Source of the DNA: Eledone cirrhosa
Taxonomy: Eukaryota
NCBI GenBank assembly: GCA_964016885.1
Contig: OZ024764.1
Coordinates: 23,622,001 to 23,686,000 of the forward strand
Direction: 5' to 3'
DNA length: 64,000 nt
Part shown: positions 22,962 through 36,237 of the stretch, one piece after another
Numbering within the stretch: the first letter of the stretch is position 1
Layout: the number at the start of each line of letters is the position of its first letter
Translations under genes and position numbers: made by a program
The notes under the pieces: generated by a model
Seen by the model: the letters and a program-made list of their open reading frames with translations, nothing else
Databases searched by the model: none
What the model was told of the DNA's origin: nothing

Positions 22962-25900
22962 TGACCATGCTGCAAAATGGAGGCGCAGAGAAGGCCCTTG
23001 CGTCTAGTAAGACATCCTCTCTAGTGCTGGTGGCACAAATAAAAGCACCCAGTCCATGCTGTAAAGTGGCGCTGGTGTTAGGAAGGGCATCCAACCAGTG
23101 TATCAATGCCAAAACGCTTATCAGCACAGCAACAAATAGGAACAACAAAAAAATATGAAGACGTCGCATCTCAGAGTTGCAACACTTAATGTTGGCACTC
23201 TCACAGGTAGATCTGCTGAAATAGCGGAGATGCTGGAGAGAAGGCATGGAGATGTGTGCTGCGTGCAAGAGGTGAGATGGAGAGGTGCCTCTGCGAGACT
23301 AGTCGTAGGCAAACATCTTAGCTATAAGCTTTTCTGGGTAGGTAAGGATGATCGGTTAGGGGAGTAGGCATTTTCCTGGCTGAGAGATGGATCAATAAGA
23401 CAATAGAGGTAGTTCGAGTTAGTAATAGAATAAGCTTAGATTAGTTGTAGGCAAGAGACGACTGACAATCATCTCTGCCTATGCTCCCCAGGCAGGCCTA
23501 GGCAAAGATGAGAAAGACTGCTTTTATGAGCAACTTTTACAAACAGCCGCAATGACAGAGGACGGAGACATCGTTATGCTAGTAGGGGACTTCAATGGTC
23601 ATGTTGGACAGCTCCAGGATGGATACACTGGGGTACATGGTGAGCACAGTTACGGGTCAAGAAATGAAGAAGGAGTGAGACTTCTTGAATTTTGTGATGC
23701 AGGTCCATTGACTATTTACAACACAAACTTCCAGAAACCTGTCAATCACCTAATAACCTACAAATCTGGCAAGCACATAAGCCAGATTGACTTCTTACTA
23801 GTTAGGCAGCGGGACAGGCAGATAGTGTCTAATACCAAGGCATACCCTGGGGAAGAATGTACCCCACAGCATAGGTTAGTTGTTAGTGATATCTCAGTAA
23901 GCAAGAGATGGAATGAGACATACAGGAAGGTGTGGAGAAGAAAGGTCTGGAAGCTAAAAGACCTTTCACTAAAATACAAATTTAGGAAAGCCCTTCAAGA
24001 TGTATATGACGAAAAAGAAGACGATTTAGAGACGTATGACATAGATAATAACTGGAATTTCTTACGTGACAACTTTCTGCAGGCTACTGATGAAACTTGT
24101 GGCTGGAGCAGAGCTCCAACCAGACAGAGAGTGACCTGGTGGTGGAACAGCACAGTAGATAAGGCCATTAGAGACAAAAGACTAGCATGGAAGGCTTGGA
24201 AAAAGGGTGGGAGTAGGGAAGAATATACAGCCGCTAAGAGAGAAGCTAGATGTCAGGTGTACTTAGCACACAGGGAGGTTGAGAGTAGGAGGTTTGCCAA
24301 TGTTCTGCGACGGGAAGATCAGGGTCAATGCAAATCAGGATGTTGTTGGAGATAAATGTGTCTGGAATGATGCCGGTGTACTTAGTGTCACGAATGATCA
24401 GAAAAAGGAGGCCTGGAAATGTCATTATGAGAGACTGATGAATGTGGAGAACGAATGGGGGAGAGAGAAATTACCCTTAGTAGATCCGAGAGAGGGACCA
24501 GCTATTGAGATTGACGAATATAGGGTCCAAGAGGCAATTAAGGAAATGGAAAATGGTAAGGCTGCTGGACCATCGGGAATAGTTGCTGAGATGCTGAAGG
24601 CATCAGGAGACGTAGGCACTAAACTGGTTGCACGCATCATCAATCAGGCTATATATGGTGGTGTCATACCCAAAGACTGGTGCAGCAGTATTCTCATAAA
24701 TTGCTACAAAGGTAAAGGGGATGCTCTGGAGAGGAGCAATTATAGGGGTATGAAAGTGGCAGAAAGGATATTAGCACAACTAATTAGAGAACGGGTCAAA
24801 CTAGATGAGATGCAGTTTGGTTTTGTGCCTGGGAAGAGTACAACAGATGCCCTCTTCTTGGTGAAACAATTGCAAGAGAGGTTCTTAGAGAAAAATAAGC
24901 CACTCTACTTAGCCTTTGTTGACCTAGAGAAGGCCTTTGATAGGGTACCCCGATCTGTCATCTGGTGGTCCCTAAGGAAACTAGGTGTTGAGGAATGGCT
25001 TGTGAGGACAGTGCAAAGTTTGTACAGAGGTACTCTCAGTAAAGTTAGGGTAGGAATGGAGTTTAGTGAGGAATTCCAGATACAAGTAGGAGTACATCAA
25101 GGTTCGGTCCTCAGTCCACTCTTGTTCATTATAGTCCTCCAAGTCATAACAGAGGAGTTTAAGACTGGCTGTCCATGGGAACTTCTCTATGCTGACGATC
25201 TGGTTCTTATAGCAGAATCAGTAGAGGAGCTAGAGAATAAATTCTGGCTATGGAAACAGCAGTTGGAATCAAGAGGACTGAGAGTGAACCTAGCTAAGAC
25301 AAAAGTGTTGATGAGTAGAAAAGAGGACAAAACTCTGATTCCGTTAGGGAAATGGCCATGTTCGATATGCAGAAAAGGAACTGGCATAAATTCTATAAAA
25401 TGCACACAATGCAGATCCTGGGTACAAGAGATGTAGCGGGATAGCAGGCAAACTAACAGGTAGGGAGAAATATGTATGCAGTAGATGTACAAGGAAATTA
25501 GACAGTAGAAGTCGCATTGATAGCCACTGTTTTCAAATGCAGGAAGGTGCTATAGAAGTGGTGGATAGCTTCCGGTACCTAGATCAGATTAGCATGGGAG
25601 GAGGGTGTTTCGATGCCATAGTAACTAGAATAAGGACAGGCTGGAAGATGTTTAGGGAGCTGTTTCCTCTGCTGACGAAGAAAGGTTTCTCCCTGCGTAC
25701 GAAAGGCCGGTTTTATGATGCCTGTGTGAGCACCGCAATGCTGCATGGTAGTGAGACATGGGCAGCAACTGCCGAAATGAGACATCCTTTGGATGTGCGT
25801 GAACGACCCAGCATGAATGTTGAGAGAGAAACTGTGTCTGAGAGGGATAGAATGTAGTGTACGGGGGAGAAGACTGAGGTGGTATGGACATGTGATGCGC

Positions 25901-26143
25901 ATGGAGGATGACCGATGGGTGAAGAAGTGCCAGGAAATGCCAGTTGAAGGAAGACGTGGTAGAGGTAGACCACGAAAAACATGGGCGGGGGTGGTGAGAA
26001 CAGACCTCAGATCGTTGAAGCTCATGGTGGAGATGATGAAGGACCGTGATGAGTGGAGAGATGCTGTGCTGAATAAGACCCGTCCCACCCTTGCGAGCAG
26101 GGAATAGCGGACGTAAAATGATGATGATGATGATGATGATGAT
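22962..26143 (+). mobile_element. Near full-length RTE LINE (APE endonuclease + RT), inactivated
   Basis: ORF start at 23155. EN motifs TLNVGTL, VQEVRW, SAYAP, GDFNGH, SQIDF, PQHR; RT motifs DLEKAFDRV, HQGSVLSP, YADD; Cys-rich insert; (GAT)n tail. Has stops and frameshifts. The 5' boundary is approximate. Confidence 0.93.
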
Positions 26144-26144
26144 A

Positions 26145-28163
26145 CAGTGGTACCTTGACTTACGAGTGTCCCAACTAATCGGCTGATTTTTTGCGTTGAG
26201 TTCCAGGGTAAAATTCGGGTTGCGAGTCAGCTTCAGATGCCCCGCCACTAGTTGGTATAGCGACCGCCACAGGGAATACGATAACACCCGCCCAGCATCC
26301 CATGGCTTCGAAGAAAGTGAGGGCGAAGGACAGTTCTGAGAAGAAGAAGCAGATGATGTCTATTGAATTAAAGAAAGAAATTATAGAAAAACATGACCAA
26401 GGTGTGTGTGTAGTGGACTTGGCGAAGCAGTACGACCGTAGAACTTCTATGATATGTACCATACTGAAGTAGAAGGAGTTGATAAAGGCTATAACCCCAG
26501 CTAAGGGTGGTAAAATAATTTCTAAACAGCGGACCTCTATCCATGAAAATATGGAGAAGCAGCTCGCAAGAGATACCGTGATGAAGATTATAATATGTGA
26601 GAAGGCACGAGCTATTTACGCTGATTTGCTGCAGCAGACCCCAGGTACTTCTACGGACGAGCCAGCCATCGGCAAGCCCTTTAATGCTAGTCGGGGTTGG
26701 TTTGAGAATTTTAAAAAGAGGACCGGCATTCACTCCGTTGTCAGGCATGGTGAGGCAGCGAGCGCGGATATGAAGGCAGCTGAGGATTACCTCAAAACCT
26801 TTGCCGGAATTATAGCAGCCAAAGGATACATCCCTCAGCAAGTCTTTAACTGTGATGAAACAGGACTTTTTTGGAAGAAGATGCCAAGGAGGACTTATAT
26901 AATGGCAGAGGAGAAGAGGATGCCTGGCCACAAACCCATGAAGGATAGGCTAACCCTCGCACTGTGCCAATGCGAGCGGTGACTGTAAGATTATTTTGCC
27001 GCTCGTTTATCATTCAGAAAACTCCAGAACCTTTAAGTCACATAAGATTCTGAAAGAAAAACTGCAGTTTATGTGGAGGGCAAACCCGAGGTCATGGGTC
27101 ACCAGGAAGTTCTTTGTGGAGTGGGTGAATTTGGTCTTTGGTCCTGACGTTAAAAAATATCTCCATGAAAATAACCTACCCCTGTAAACCCTTCTTGTCC
27201 TACATAATGCACCTGCTCACTCACCCACCCTCGAAGAGTTCAAGTTTATAAAGGTCCTCTACCTTCCACCAAACACCACCCCTATCCTACAGCCCAAGGA
27301 CCAGCAGGTACCTTCTAATTTCAAGAAGCTCTTCACCAAGCACCTGTTCAGTCGCTGCTTTGAAGTGACGGGGAGCACAAACTTCACCCTTGAGAGGTCT
27401 GGAAGGACCATTATAACATCGTGATATGCCTCAGAATTATCGATATGACATGGCAGGGTCTTACAAAGAGGACCTTGACCTCTACATGGAAGAAGCTGTG
27501 GCCTGAAGTTGTGTCTAAAACAGACTTTGAAAGACTCGAACCCGAAGCGGCAGTGGTGGAGGAGATTGTACCCCTCGGTAAGTCCATGGGCCTGGACATG
27601 GATGAAGGTGACATCAACGAGCTCATCGAGGAGCACCCCGAGGAAATGACAACGAAGGAATTAAAGGAGCTACAGACACAGCAACACACGGAGTTTTTGC
27701 AGGAAATAGGTGACACAGAGGAGGTTATCTCAACAAGTGAGATGAAACAAACCTTATTAGACAGGTTTTTATTGAAAATCCCTGCAGATAAAAGTGAGGA
27801 AAGCGTGGCGAAAAGAGCAAAAATCAGCGAATAAGATTCAGTTATTCAGTTCATCCTTTCTCCTCCGTCAACATCCTCAAGTCGTCTGATCTCCAAGATA
27901 GATGCTGTACATTATACTTAATAAAACTAGTTTGTTGTAGTACATTCTATTGTATTGTTTTTTGTATACAATATTTGTCATTTATAAGTACATTTTTCTT
28001 ATTTAAAAACACGTAACAAAACAAACTGTGGTTTTTTGGGGGTCTGGAACGGATTAACGGCATTTTATTTTATTTCAGTGGGGAAAATTGATTTGACATA
28101 CGAGTAATTTAAGTTACGAGGTCCTCCACGGAACAAATTAAACTGTAAGTCAAGGTACCACAG
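26145..28163 (+). mobile_element. Tigger/pogo DNA transposon, degraded
   Basis: TIR CAGTGGTACCTTGACTTAC / GTAAGTCAAGGTACCACAG. Transposase from 26302: psq-HTH, CENP-B HTH (FNASRGWFENFKKR), FNCDETGLFWK, KDRLTL, LPPNTTPILQP. Confidence 0.92.
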
Positions 28164-29927
28164 TGTGTGTATATATATATATATATATATGAAGGAACGA
28201 TCGACTTTCGTCAAATCGGACCGAGGAAGCAATGTTTCCATTGGTCTTTGCAATTGCTAGTACTATCGGTCGCAACTCCAGGTAGAAGGAACAACGTGAA
28301 ATAAAGTGTCTTGCTCAAGGTCATAACGCATCGCCTGGTCCAGGAATCGAACTCACAACCTCAAGATATATATATATATATATAAATGAAGAATATAGAA
28401 ATTATTGTAGCAAAAAGCCAACAGTATTCCATTATATATATGTATATATGTATATATAGTATAAAAGAGAAAACACAGGTAAGCATTAAGAGAAGGATTT
28501 TATCCAGGTATTTACGACCGTTTCATTGGTAAGTGCAACCTTATATTTCTATCCTGCAAATAGCAGCCACTCAATTATAATTGTTGTTCACTGTCCAAAT
28601 TTTCAAAATAGTAAGTTACTCTTGAAATAATTCTTAATATATAGAGAAAAACATTTATTTGGAATTGTATTTACTAGTATAGAGAGAGAGGAATCAGAAG
28701 GTGAGGGGACAGACGGAATAGTATAGAGAGGGAGGAAGGGGGGAGAGGTAGGAAGTAGAGTGACAAACTGAGATGGAGGGAGGGGTAGAGGTGGCAGGAT
28801 TCTTTGGTCAGTTTTGACAGCAGACTTCATGTCGTGGAATGTAGTGAGTTAAAGAGAATTAAATTGATCATTTTTGGAGGGATGGATATATATATATATA
28901 TAGTTAAATATTAGACAGGAACAAAAAACAGGCAGTGCAAATGGTAGTTTATACCGAGAGAGAGACAGACAAACACATCTATACCCCTACTACGGTAAAA
29001 CAAAACATATGTAAGGGGAGACAACTCTCGTTACATCCCCCCTTCTTTTTGATATACGTCCTTTATATACTTTGTTCAATGGAATCTGCTTTATTTTGTG
29101 TCCTAAGTAGATTTCTGTTTAATTATTTACGAGATTCACAATGATTCACGTAACCAAGTTACTTACATAGAGATATATTTCACATAGAATCACAAAAAAT
29201 GAAAATATTAAGTCAACACTCTGTCAATCAGTCTCACATCACATGGGGTGCTGGAGTCTCCCTCTAATACTTTCTGAGACAGTCTTACCTCGAGTGATAG
29301 CAAGGCTAAGATGTTGGAACTACCAAACAGCCTCATATGTATCATCTGACACCTCGGTAAGGAGAGCTGCCAACGATAACAAGAACCTCGTTGTCAGGGA
29401 CCTATCTCCTCCAAACTTCTCCAACACCACAGACTAGAATATTCTACTCTTTATTCCCTATCAAATATATTTCAGTCTAGTCATTTGTCTTGTATCTTGT
29501 ATATATATTTTCAAAACTAACTGTCACATTTGTGAGACCCCAGTTAGTGATGTTTTTCTCTCCCTCCCACATCCTACATGCTGTAGTAAAAGTGAGGGTC
29601 ACTGCTTCTGTAGACGAACGAAATAAAAGTTAAACTACCAGTAATTATCGGCAAAGTATTTATTCCAGTCTGTGATGTTTGAGAAGCTGGGCTGCTGACA
29701 ACGAAGTTGTTGTCACTGTTGGCGGCTGGCTTTACCGAAGTACCCGATGACTCTTGTGAGGGTACTTAGATGTTCTGGCGGTTTAGCCTCCACGTGACCC
29801 GATCTTACCGAGATACCCGGTGATCTCTGTAAGAGTACTTAGCTGTTCTATTTTAATTACATTTACTGATTTCAACTTTCATTTTCTTCATTACAAACTT
29901 TACATAATTTAATTCGGTAAAAATATT

Positions 29928-30072
29928 TTACGTCACAAAAAAACTTGACCTTTGACATTGAAGCATGCGCAGTGGTCCAGTTGTCGACTTCCTGTCCACG
30001 TGTTAGTCTTCCTACAACATCATTTAGAAAACATTTCTGCAAATACTAAACACCTGAGACTATAATGTAAGT
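29928..30072 (+). promoter_or_regulatory. Predicted promoter/exon 1 of paralog 3, distal copy
   Basis: Same motif cluster, all motifs present; donor GTAAGT at 30067. Confidence 0.6.
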
Positions 30073-30816
30073 ATTATGTCTATTAATATTCTAGATTTAA
30101 GCTCACTTTTCACATCACAAATATATATTTTCTTGTTTGTTTCATTACTGGAAATATAAAATGTTATCGTAATTATCTATATTTTACCTACCTCTAATTA
30201 ATTAAAGTGAAAACTTTTGTTGTTGCTGAAAAATAAATTAACAAAACTAAATATTTAAATATTCTAAAGGTCGTTTTTATATTATGTGATGATATAATTA
30301 ATATATTTTATTACAATTGTATAAAATTACAGTAGAATAACGTTGTAAATATGTATTAAGTATTTACGCGATTCACAATGATTCACGTAGAGACCCCAGT
30401 TAGTGATGTTTTTCTCTCCCTCCCACATCCTACATGCTGTAGTAAAAGTGAGGGTCACTGCTTCCGTAGACGAACGAAATAAAAGCTAAACTACCAGTAA
30501 TTATCGGCAAAGTATTTATTCCAGTCTGTGATGTTTGAGAAGCTGGGCTGCTGACAACGAAGTTGTGGTCACTGTTGGCAGCTGGCTTTACCGAAGTACC
30601 CGATGACTCTTGTGAGGGTACTTAGCTATTCTGGCGGTTTAGCCTCCACATGACCCGATCTTACCGAGATACCCGGTGATCTTTGTAAGAGTACTTAGCT
30701 GTTATATTTTAATTTTATCACCAACACCTTACATTCTCTATTTTAATTACATTTACTGTTTTCAACTTCATTTTTTTATTACAAACTTTACATAATTTAA
30801 TTCGGTAAAAATATTT

Positions 30817-30949
30817 TTACGTCACAACAAAACATTGAAGCATGCGCAGTGGTGCAGTTGTCGACTTCCTGTCCACGTGTTAGTCTTCCTACAACATCAT
30901 TTAGACAACATTTCTGTAAATACTAAACACCTCAGACTATAATGTAAGT
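30817..30949 (+). promoter_or_regulatory. Predicted promoter/exon 1 of paralog 3, proximal duplicate
   Basis: Same cluster but the TGACCTTTG element is deleted; donor at 30944. Confidence 0.6.
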
Positions 30950-31929
30950 ATTATGTCTATTAATATTGTAGATTTAAGCTCACTTTTCACATCACAAATA
31001 TATATTTTCTTGTTTGTTTTATTACTGGAAATATAAAATGTTATCGTAATTATCTATATTTTACCTACCTCTAATTAATTAAAGTCAAAACTTTTGTTGT
31101 TGCTGAAAAATAAATTAACAAAACTAAATATTTAAATATTCTAAAGGTCGTTTTTATATTATGTGATGATATAATTAATATATTTTATTACAATTGTATA
31201 AATTTGCAGTAGAATAACGTTGTAGATATGTTTTAAATATATACATAAATAACATAAGTGTGTAAATAACATTATAAATTGCTGGCAATTCCTTGAGAAA
31301 GACATTACAAATATATTGTCTAAACTGTGTATAATAATATAATTTATTGAACAATAATGATAAAGGAAAGAAAAACACAGTGGGAGATGGCAATTGACCA
31401 CCAAACGAGGTAAACATTTTCAACTTTCCCCCTTTTTTTGCTTTGTCCGAGACAACTCAAAATATTCTTCAAGGAACAGGATTTTCCATTCGGTTGGATC
31501 GAACGGATTTTACCATTTATAATCTACGGAGAGGAATAACAGATGTTCGGAGGAAAAAAGAATTGTTTGTGGCAACAACGTAGGGAACCAACCTGGAGCA
31601 ATTGTATCACACAATTATACTTTCCTCCTTAACATACACTTAGAATTTTTCAAAATCAAACCCCCAAATATAAAATATAAATAATTATAAATGGCGAGGA
31701 ACCATCCCATCTCCTTCTTGAAATAACCTGAATCTATTTATAGTCAGGTGTGACTGAAAGGTCAATCCATACTTCCATTCTATTTCACAGAATTAGAAGC
31801 TTTGACCACTTGATAGAATTCAGGTCCAGTAATGTAATCACTCCGTAATTGTAAACATCTTGTATCACTATCATTCAGGTTTTGATTTTACTCAAGTCTT
31901 GCCCATGTTTTTTTTTTTTTTCTTTTTTA

Positions 31930-34900
31930 CACAACTTCACAATTTCGGTTTTTACTGCGGATTTACCCATGCGAACTATTACACAAACTCACAGCCTTAG
32001 ATTTTGTATTTCTAGCGTTTTTATTTTCCTTCTCTTTGCATGTTCAGTGCTCTTTCTCTCCCACTGTATTTATCTGCCTCTCACATGACCACACTTCTCT
32101 CCAAGCACTCATCATCTTCTCACTCCTTCTACACCTTCCATCCCTCCCCTTGCTCAACCCTTACTTCCTCCTCGCGCACAGCCCACCTAGGTATTCGTTC
32201 AACCCGCCGGTGGCCCGATGTTTCGACCGAACTATCACCGGCGATTGCCGATTGCTAAAGTTGCCACCACTTTAACCTAGTCCACTCTAGGTGGCGGTGG
32301 CATGCGTCGAACTACCAAGAGACCTGCTTGGTGGAACAACTAATGTGACAACCGGTCAGCCTTCGACCTCTCATTCTCCACCAACTGCAGCATGCACGAG
32401 AGGAGCTAACTTGACCCCACCTACCCTCCTCTCCTTCACGTCAGATTCCGAACGAATCCAACCCGGCCAACCACACCACCCCTACAACTGTTAGCTCACC
32501 ACCCAACTCCCGCTTTAGTCCCACCGTTAGAAGCACTGCTGTCTCCTTTACTGACTCACTCCCTTCACCGATTCCAACGCTGGCCCTCTACTGCCGGCTG
32601 TTGCCAGCCCGCCACCTGATTGCGCCCTCTGTGCTCGCACTAACCAGTACTTAAAGACAATTAAGTCACCTATGCCACGCAAGCTACCACAGAAGCTGTG
32701 TCGGCATCACCAAAGCTCAAGCCGAAAGGCTTCAACACTGGACCTGTCATCGGTGTCACTTCAGCTCTGACTATTCCGTGGGGATGACCAACACTCTACC
32801 GACGACTTTCCACAGCCCCCCCAGGGCTTCTCCAAATCAAAGCTCGTTAACCGGACCCTTAAGGGAGCTCGGAACAGCTTTGCAGGTGCCCTCTCTAATT
32901 TACTGAAAAACGTTTGCTCGTCCAACAATAGTCTGGCAGAAATTGTTTTTGTTTCCCCTCATCTCTCTTCATGTGCACAATGCGAACTCGGGTTCCCTCA
33001 AGTCCTCTCTCAAGCGGCAGTTCCAGTTGTTTGAGTCCACCCCAACCACGTCTCATCTCAGTTCGTCTCCGAGCTCGGTGTCCACCAACAGACAACCGGT
33101 AGACCTCAAGCGAGCCGTCAATGCCAAATTCAGCGAATTTGACATTAAAGGGGCTGTCCTCCCTTGCTCCATGCAACTCTGACTCTCGTGAGCGTCTGAA
33201 GGAGAAGCACCCCCAGATGATCAGCAACACTGGCCCGAACCACCAGAATACTTGAGACCGGTTTACACCACCAATTTCATCAGAAAGGCGATTTCATCCT
33301 TCCCCGCTGGGTCAGGCGCGGGAATTGACGTCCTTCATCCTCAACACCTCAAGGATGGTATCTCCTTATCGGCCGGTGATGCCGGACTCGAGCTCTTGGA
33401 GAGTCTGACTCAGTTTGTGAATCAGTGAACGTTCTCCCGTTCATCCGCCCACTGTTCTTCGGTGCGAAGCTATTTGGTCTCACCAAGCCCAACGGGGACC
33501 TGCGCCGCATTGCGGTTGGCTGCACACCTCGCCGCCTCACTGCAAAGGCGTGATTGCTGTTGGTCTCCAACCCACTGGCGGAGGAATTTTCCCCCTTCCA
33601 GCTGTGGGTGGATACCAGGTTGGGATGTGTGACTGCTGTCCACGCTGCCAGAACATTTGCCAACTTGCCCTCCTCATCCCCCAAGGTCATCCTCAAACTT
33701 GACCTCAGGAATGCCTTCAACTCCGTCAGCCGTAACATCGTCCTCGGCTCAGCAAGAGAGAGGGTCCCACAACTCTACCACTTTGCTTGGCAGGCTTATC
33801 GGGAGCCCCCCTACTTCTCTTTCAGTGACCAGATCATCACCTCTGCCTCAGGAGTCCAACAGGGTGACCCACTCGGGACCCCCCCCCCCCTCACTGGACA
33901 TTGATGACGTCAACAAGATGAGGGCTGAGTTGGACCTCAATGTCTGGTAGCTCGACGACGCCTGTTTGGGGGGAACTCTGGATATGGTTCTCGCCACTGC
34001 CAACAGGATGGTGGAGGAGCTTGGCGCCTGGGTCTCCAGATCAATAGCTCCAGATGTGAGCTCTGGATCCTCAACCACCCGGCTTCTTAACACCAACAGC
34101 TGATCGACCTGTTCGCAGAGTCCTTCCCTTCCATCACGGTCCCTCCCCCGTCAGCTTGGTGCTCCTTAGGAGCCCCAATCATAGACCTGGCCTTCGAGTC
34201 AACCATCCAATCGAAGATGGTTGGCCTTGAGCAGCTGCTGAGGAATATTGAAGATATCGAACCCCATCAAGGTTTCTTCTTACTCAGGAACTACCTGTCT
34301 ATTCCTAAGCTTCTGTATCTACTCAGGGTCAGCCCCTCTCACAGATTTCCATCCTGCCTCCAACGCTTCGACGACCTAATCTTCGAGAGACTCGAGTGTC
34401 TGGTCAATGTTAGTAAGTGTTCGTCCCTCTCTCTCCCCTGCTTCCTTTCCTCCACCCAAGCTTGCAGCATCCTCTCCTCTCCAACATGGACTAGTTCCAA
34501 CAGGGAGTTGTGTGAAGCTCTCCAGCAATGGAGTGAGTTGGGCTTGTCTCTTCCTGAGAAGGTGGAGGACAGTCGAAGTCAGAGAACTTGGGACAGGATA
34601 CGTTGGAATGCCACCTTCGACTCCCTCTTCGTCCTCTCAGATCAGTCTGCAAGGTGCCGCTTACCATCTGCCAGTGCCAAATACTCCGGTGACTGGGTCG
34701 ATGCCTTACCCGTGGCCAACGTTGGAGGCCTACTCAGCCTGGATGAACTTCGTGTCTCCATCACCCTCAGAGTGGGAGCTGACGTCTGCATGGGTTTGAG
34801 ATGTGGCTAACTCCTCGACTCCACAGGCCTCCACGGTCTTTCTTGCCGCCTGAATGCCGGCCACTTCGCCCGTCACACGGAGCTAAACTTTATTCTGAAG

Positions 34901-35368
34901 AGAGCTTTGGCCCGGGCAAACATCCCCTCAGTCTTGGAACCATCTGGGTTGTCCAGAAGTGACGGCAAAAGACCTGACGGCCTTACCCTGTGCCCCTGGT
35001 CGAGAGGCAGGTGCCTAATCTGGGACGTCACTGTTAGTGACTCCTTTGCTCTTTCCCACATCCTTGATGCTGCGGTAAGGACGAGAGCCACAGCTTCGGC
35101 AGCCGAGCGGAGTAAGACCCTCAAATACTCTGATCTGTCGGCCAGCTACATTTTTCAGCCTGTGGCTTTCGAGACGTTTGGGGGAGTCGGGCCGCTGACT
35201 GCGAGGTTCCTTTCTTGTGTGCTGGCTTGCCTCAAAACTCATTAGAGAGGTTTCCCAGTACCCCTCGTTGCTGTCTTTTGCTCTGGTGTTGGCTCCGTTG
35301 TCCACCCCTTCCTTTACATTTTCTTTAATATTGCAACATTGAAGGAATTTATCTTTCATTGTATCATC
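31930..35368 (+). mobile_element. CRE-like non-LTR retrotransposon (RT + restriction-like endonuclease), degraded
   Basis: KPNGDLRRIAVG, KLDLRNAFNSVSR, GVQQGDPLG, W*LDD, CCHC knuckle, RHTELN, KRPDG, WDVTV, AERSKTLKY, PVAFETFG. Boundaries are approximate. Confidence 0.88.
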
Positions 35369-36237
35369 CTTTATCTACAAATCTAGTCGTTTCCTGCTAC
35401 TTTGTTCCCTCGGGTATGCCTTAGTATTTGACACCATCTATCTGTCTTACTCCCTAACTAGCAAGAAGTCAATCTGTCTAATGTGTTCACCTGATTGGTA
35501 GGTTATTAGGTGGTTGGTAGGTTTCTTGAAGTGTTGCAAATGGTTAGTTCACTTGCATCACAAAATACAAGAAGCCTCACTCCTTCATCGTTTCTTGAGC
35601 CATAACCATGACCACCATGTACCCCAGTATGTCCATCCTGGAACTGTCCAACATGACCATTGAAGTCCCCTGCTATTATAACTAGGTCTCTGTCATTGTG
35701 GTTATCTCTACTTATTCCTTTTCTACATATGGAGCAGGGCCACTTTCCTGAAGGTGTCAGGGTCTTCTCTCCTATCCATTTTAGTTTTGGCTAAGTATAT
35801 TCTCAGAACTTACCATTTCAAATTCTATATCTATAGCTGGTCATCTACATAGAGAAGTTTCCATAGACAGCCAGTCTTAAACCTCTCTGTTATGGCTTGG
35901 AGAACTATGATGAACAACAGTGGGCTAAGAACTAAACCATGATGAACTCCTACCTGTACCTTCAATTCCTCACTAAACACACTTTACTGACAGCTTCTCA
36001 CAAGCCATTCTTCTACACCTAATTTCTATAACCCTTTAGTATATAAACTGGCCATATCTGGCCAGAATTCTCCCACATCTTTCTGTTCAAACTGGCCGTA
36101 ATTGGTCACTTATACTTATGTTAAGGTATTGTTCTCAAAATAAATAACATGAAAATCTCAGATTTGACATTATGAGAGATAAAGCATTTACTGTGAAAAT
36201 ATAATAGTAAATATAGAGTAATGTGAATACTAAAGGG

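Noticed and set aside
26302-27834. Host TIGD1-like gene
   Set aside because: Bounded by Tigger TIRs and disrupted by stops and frameshifts.
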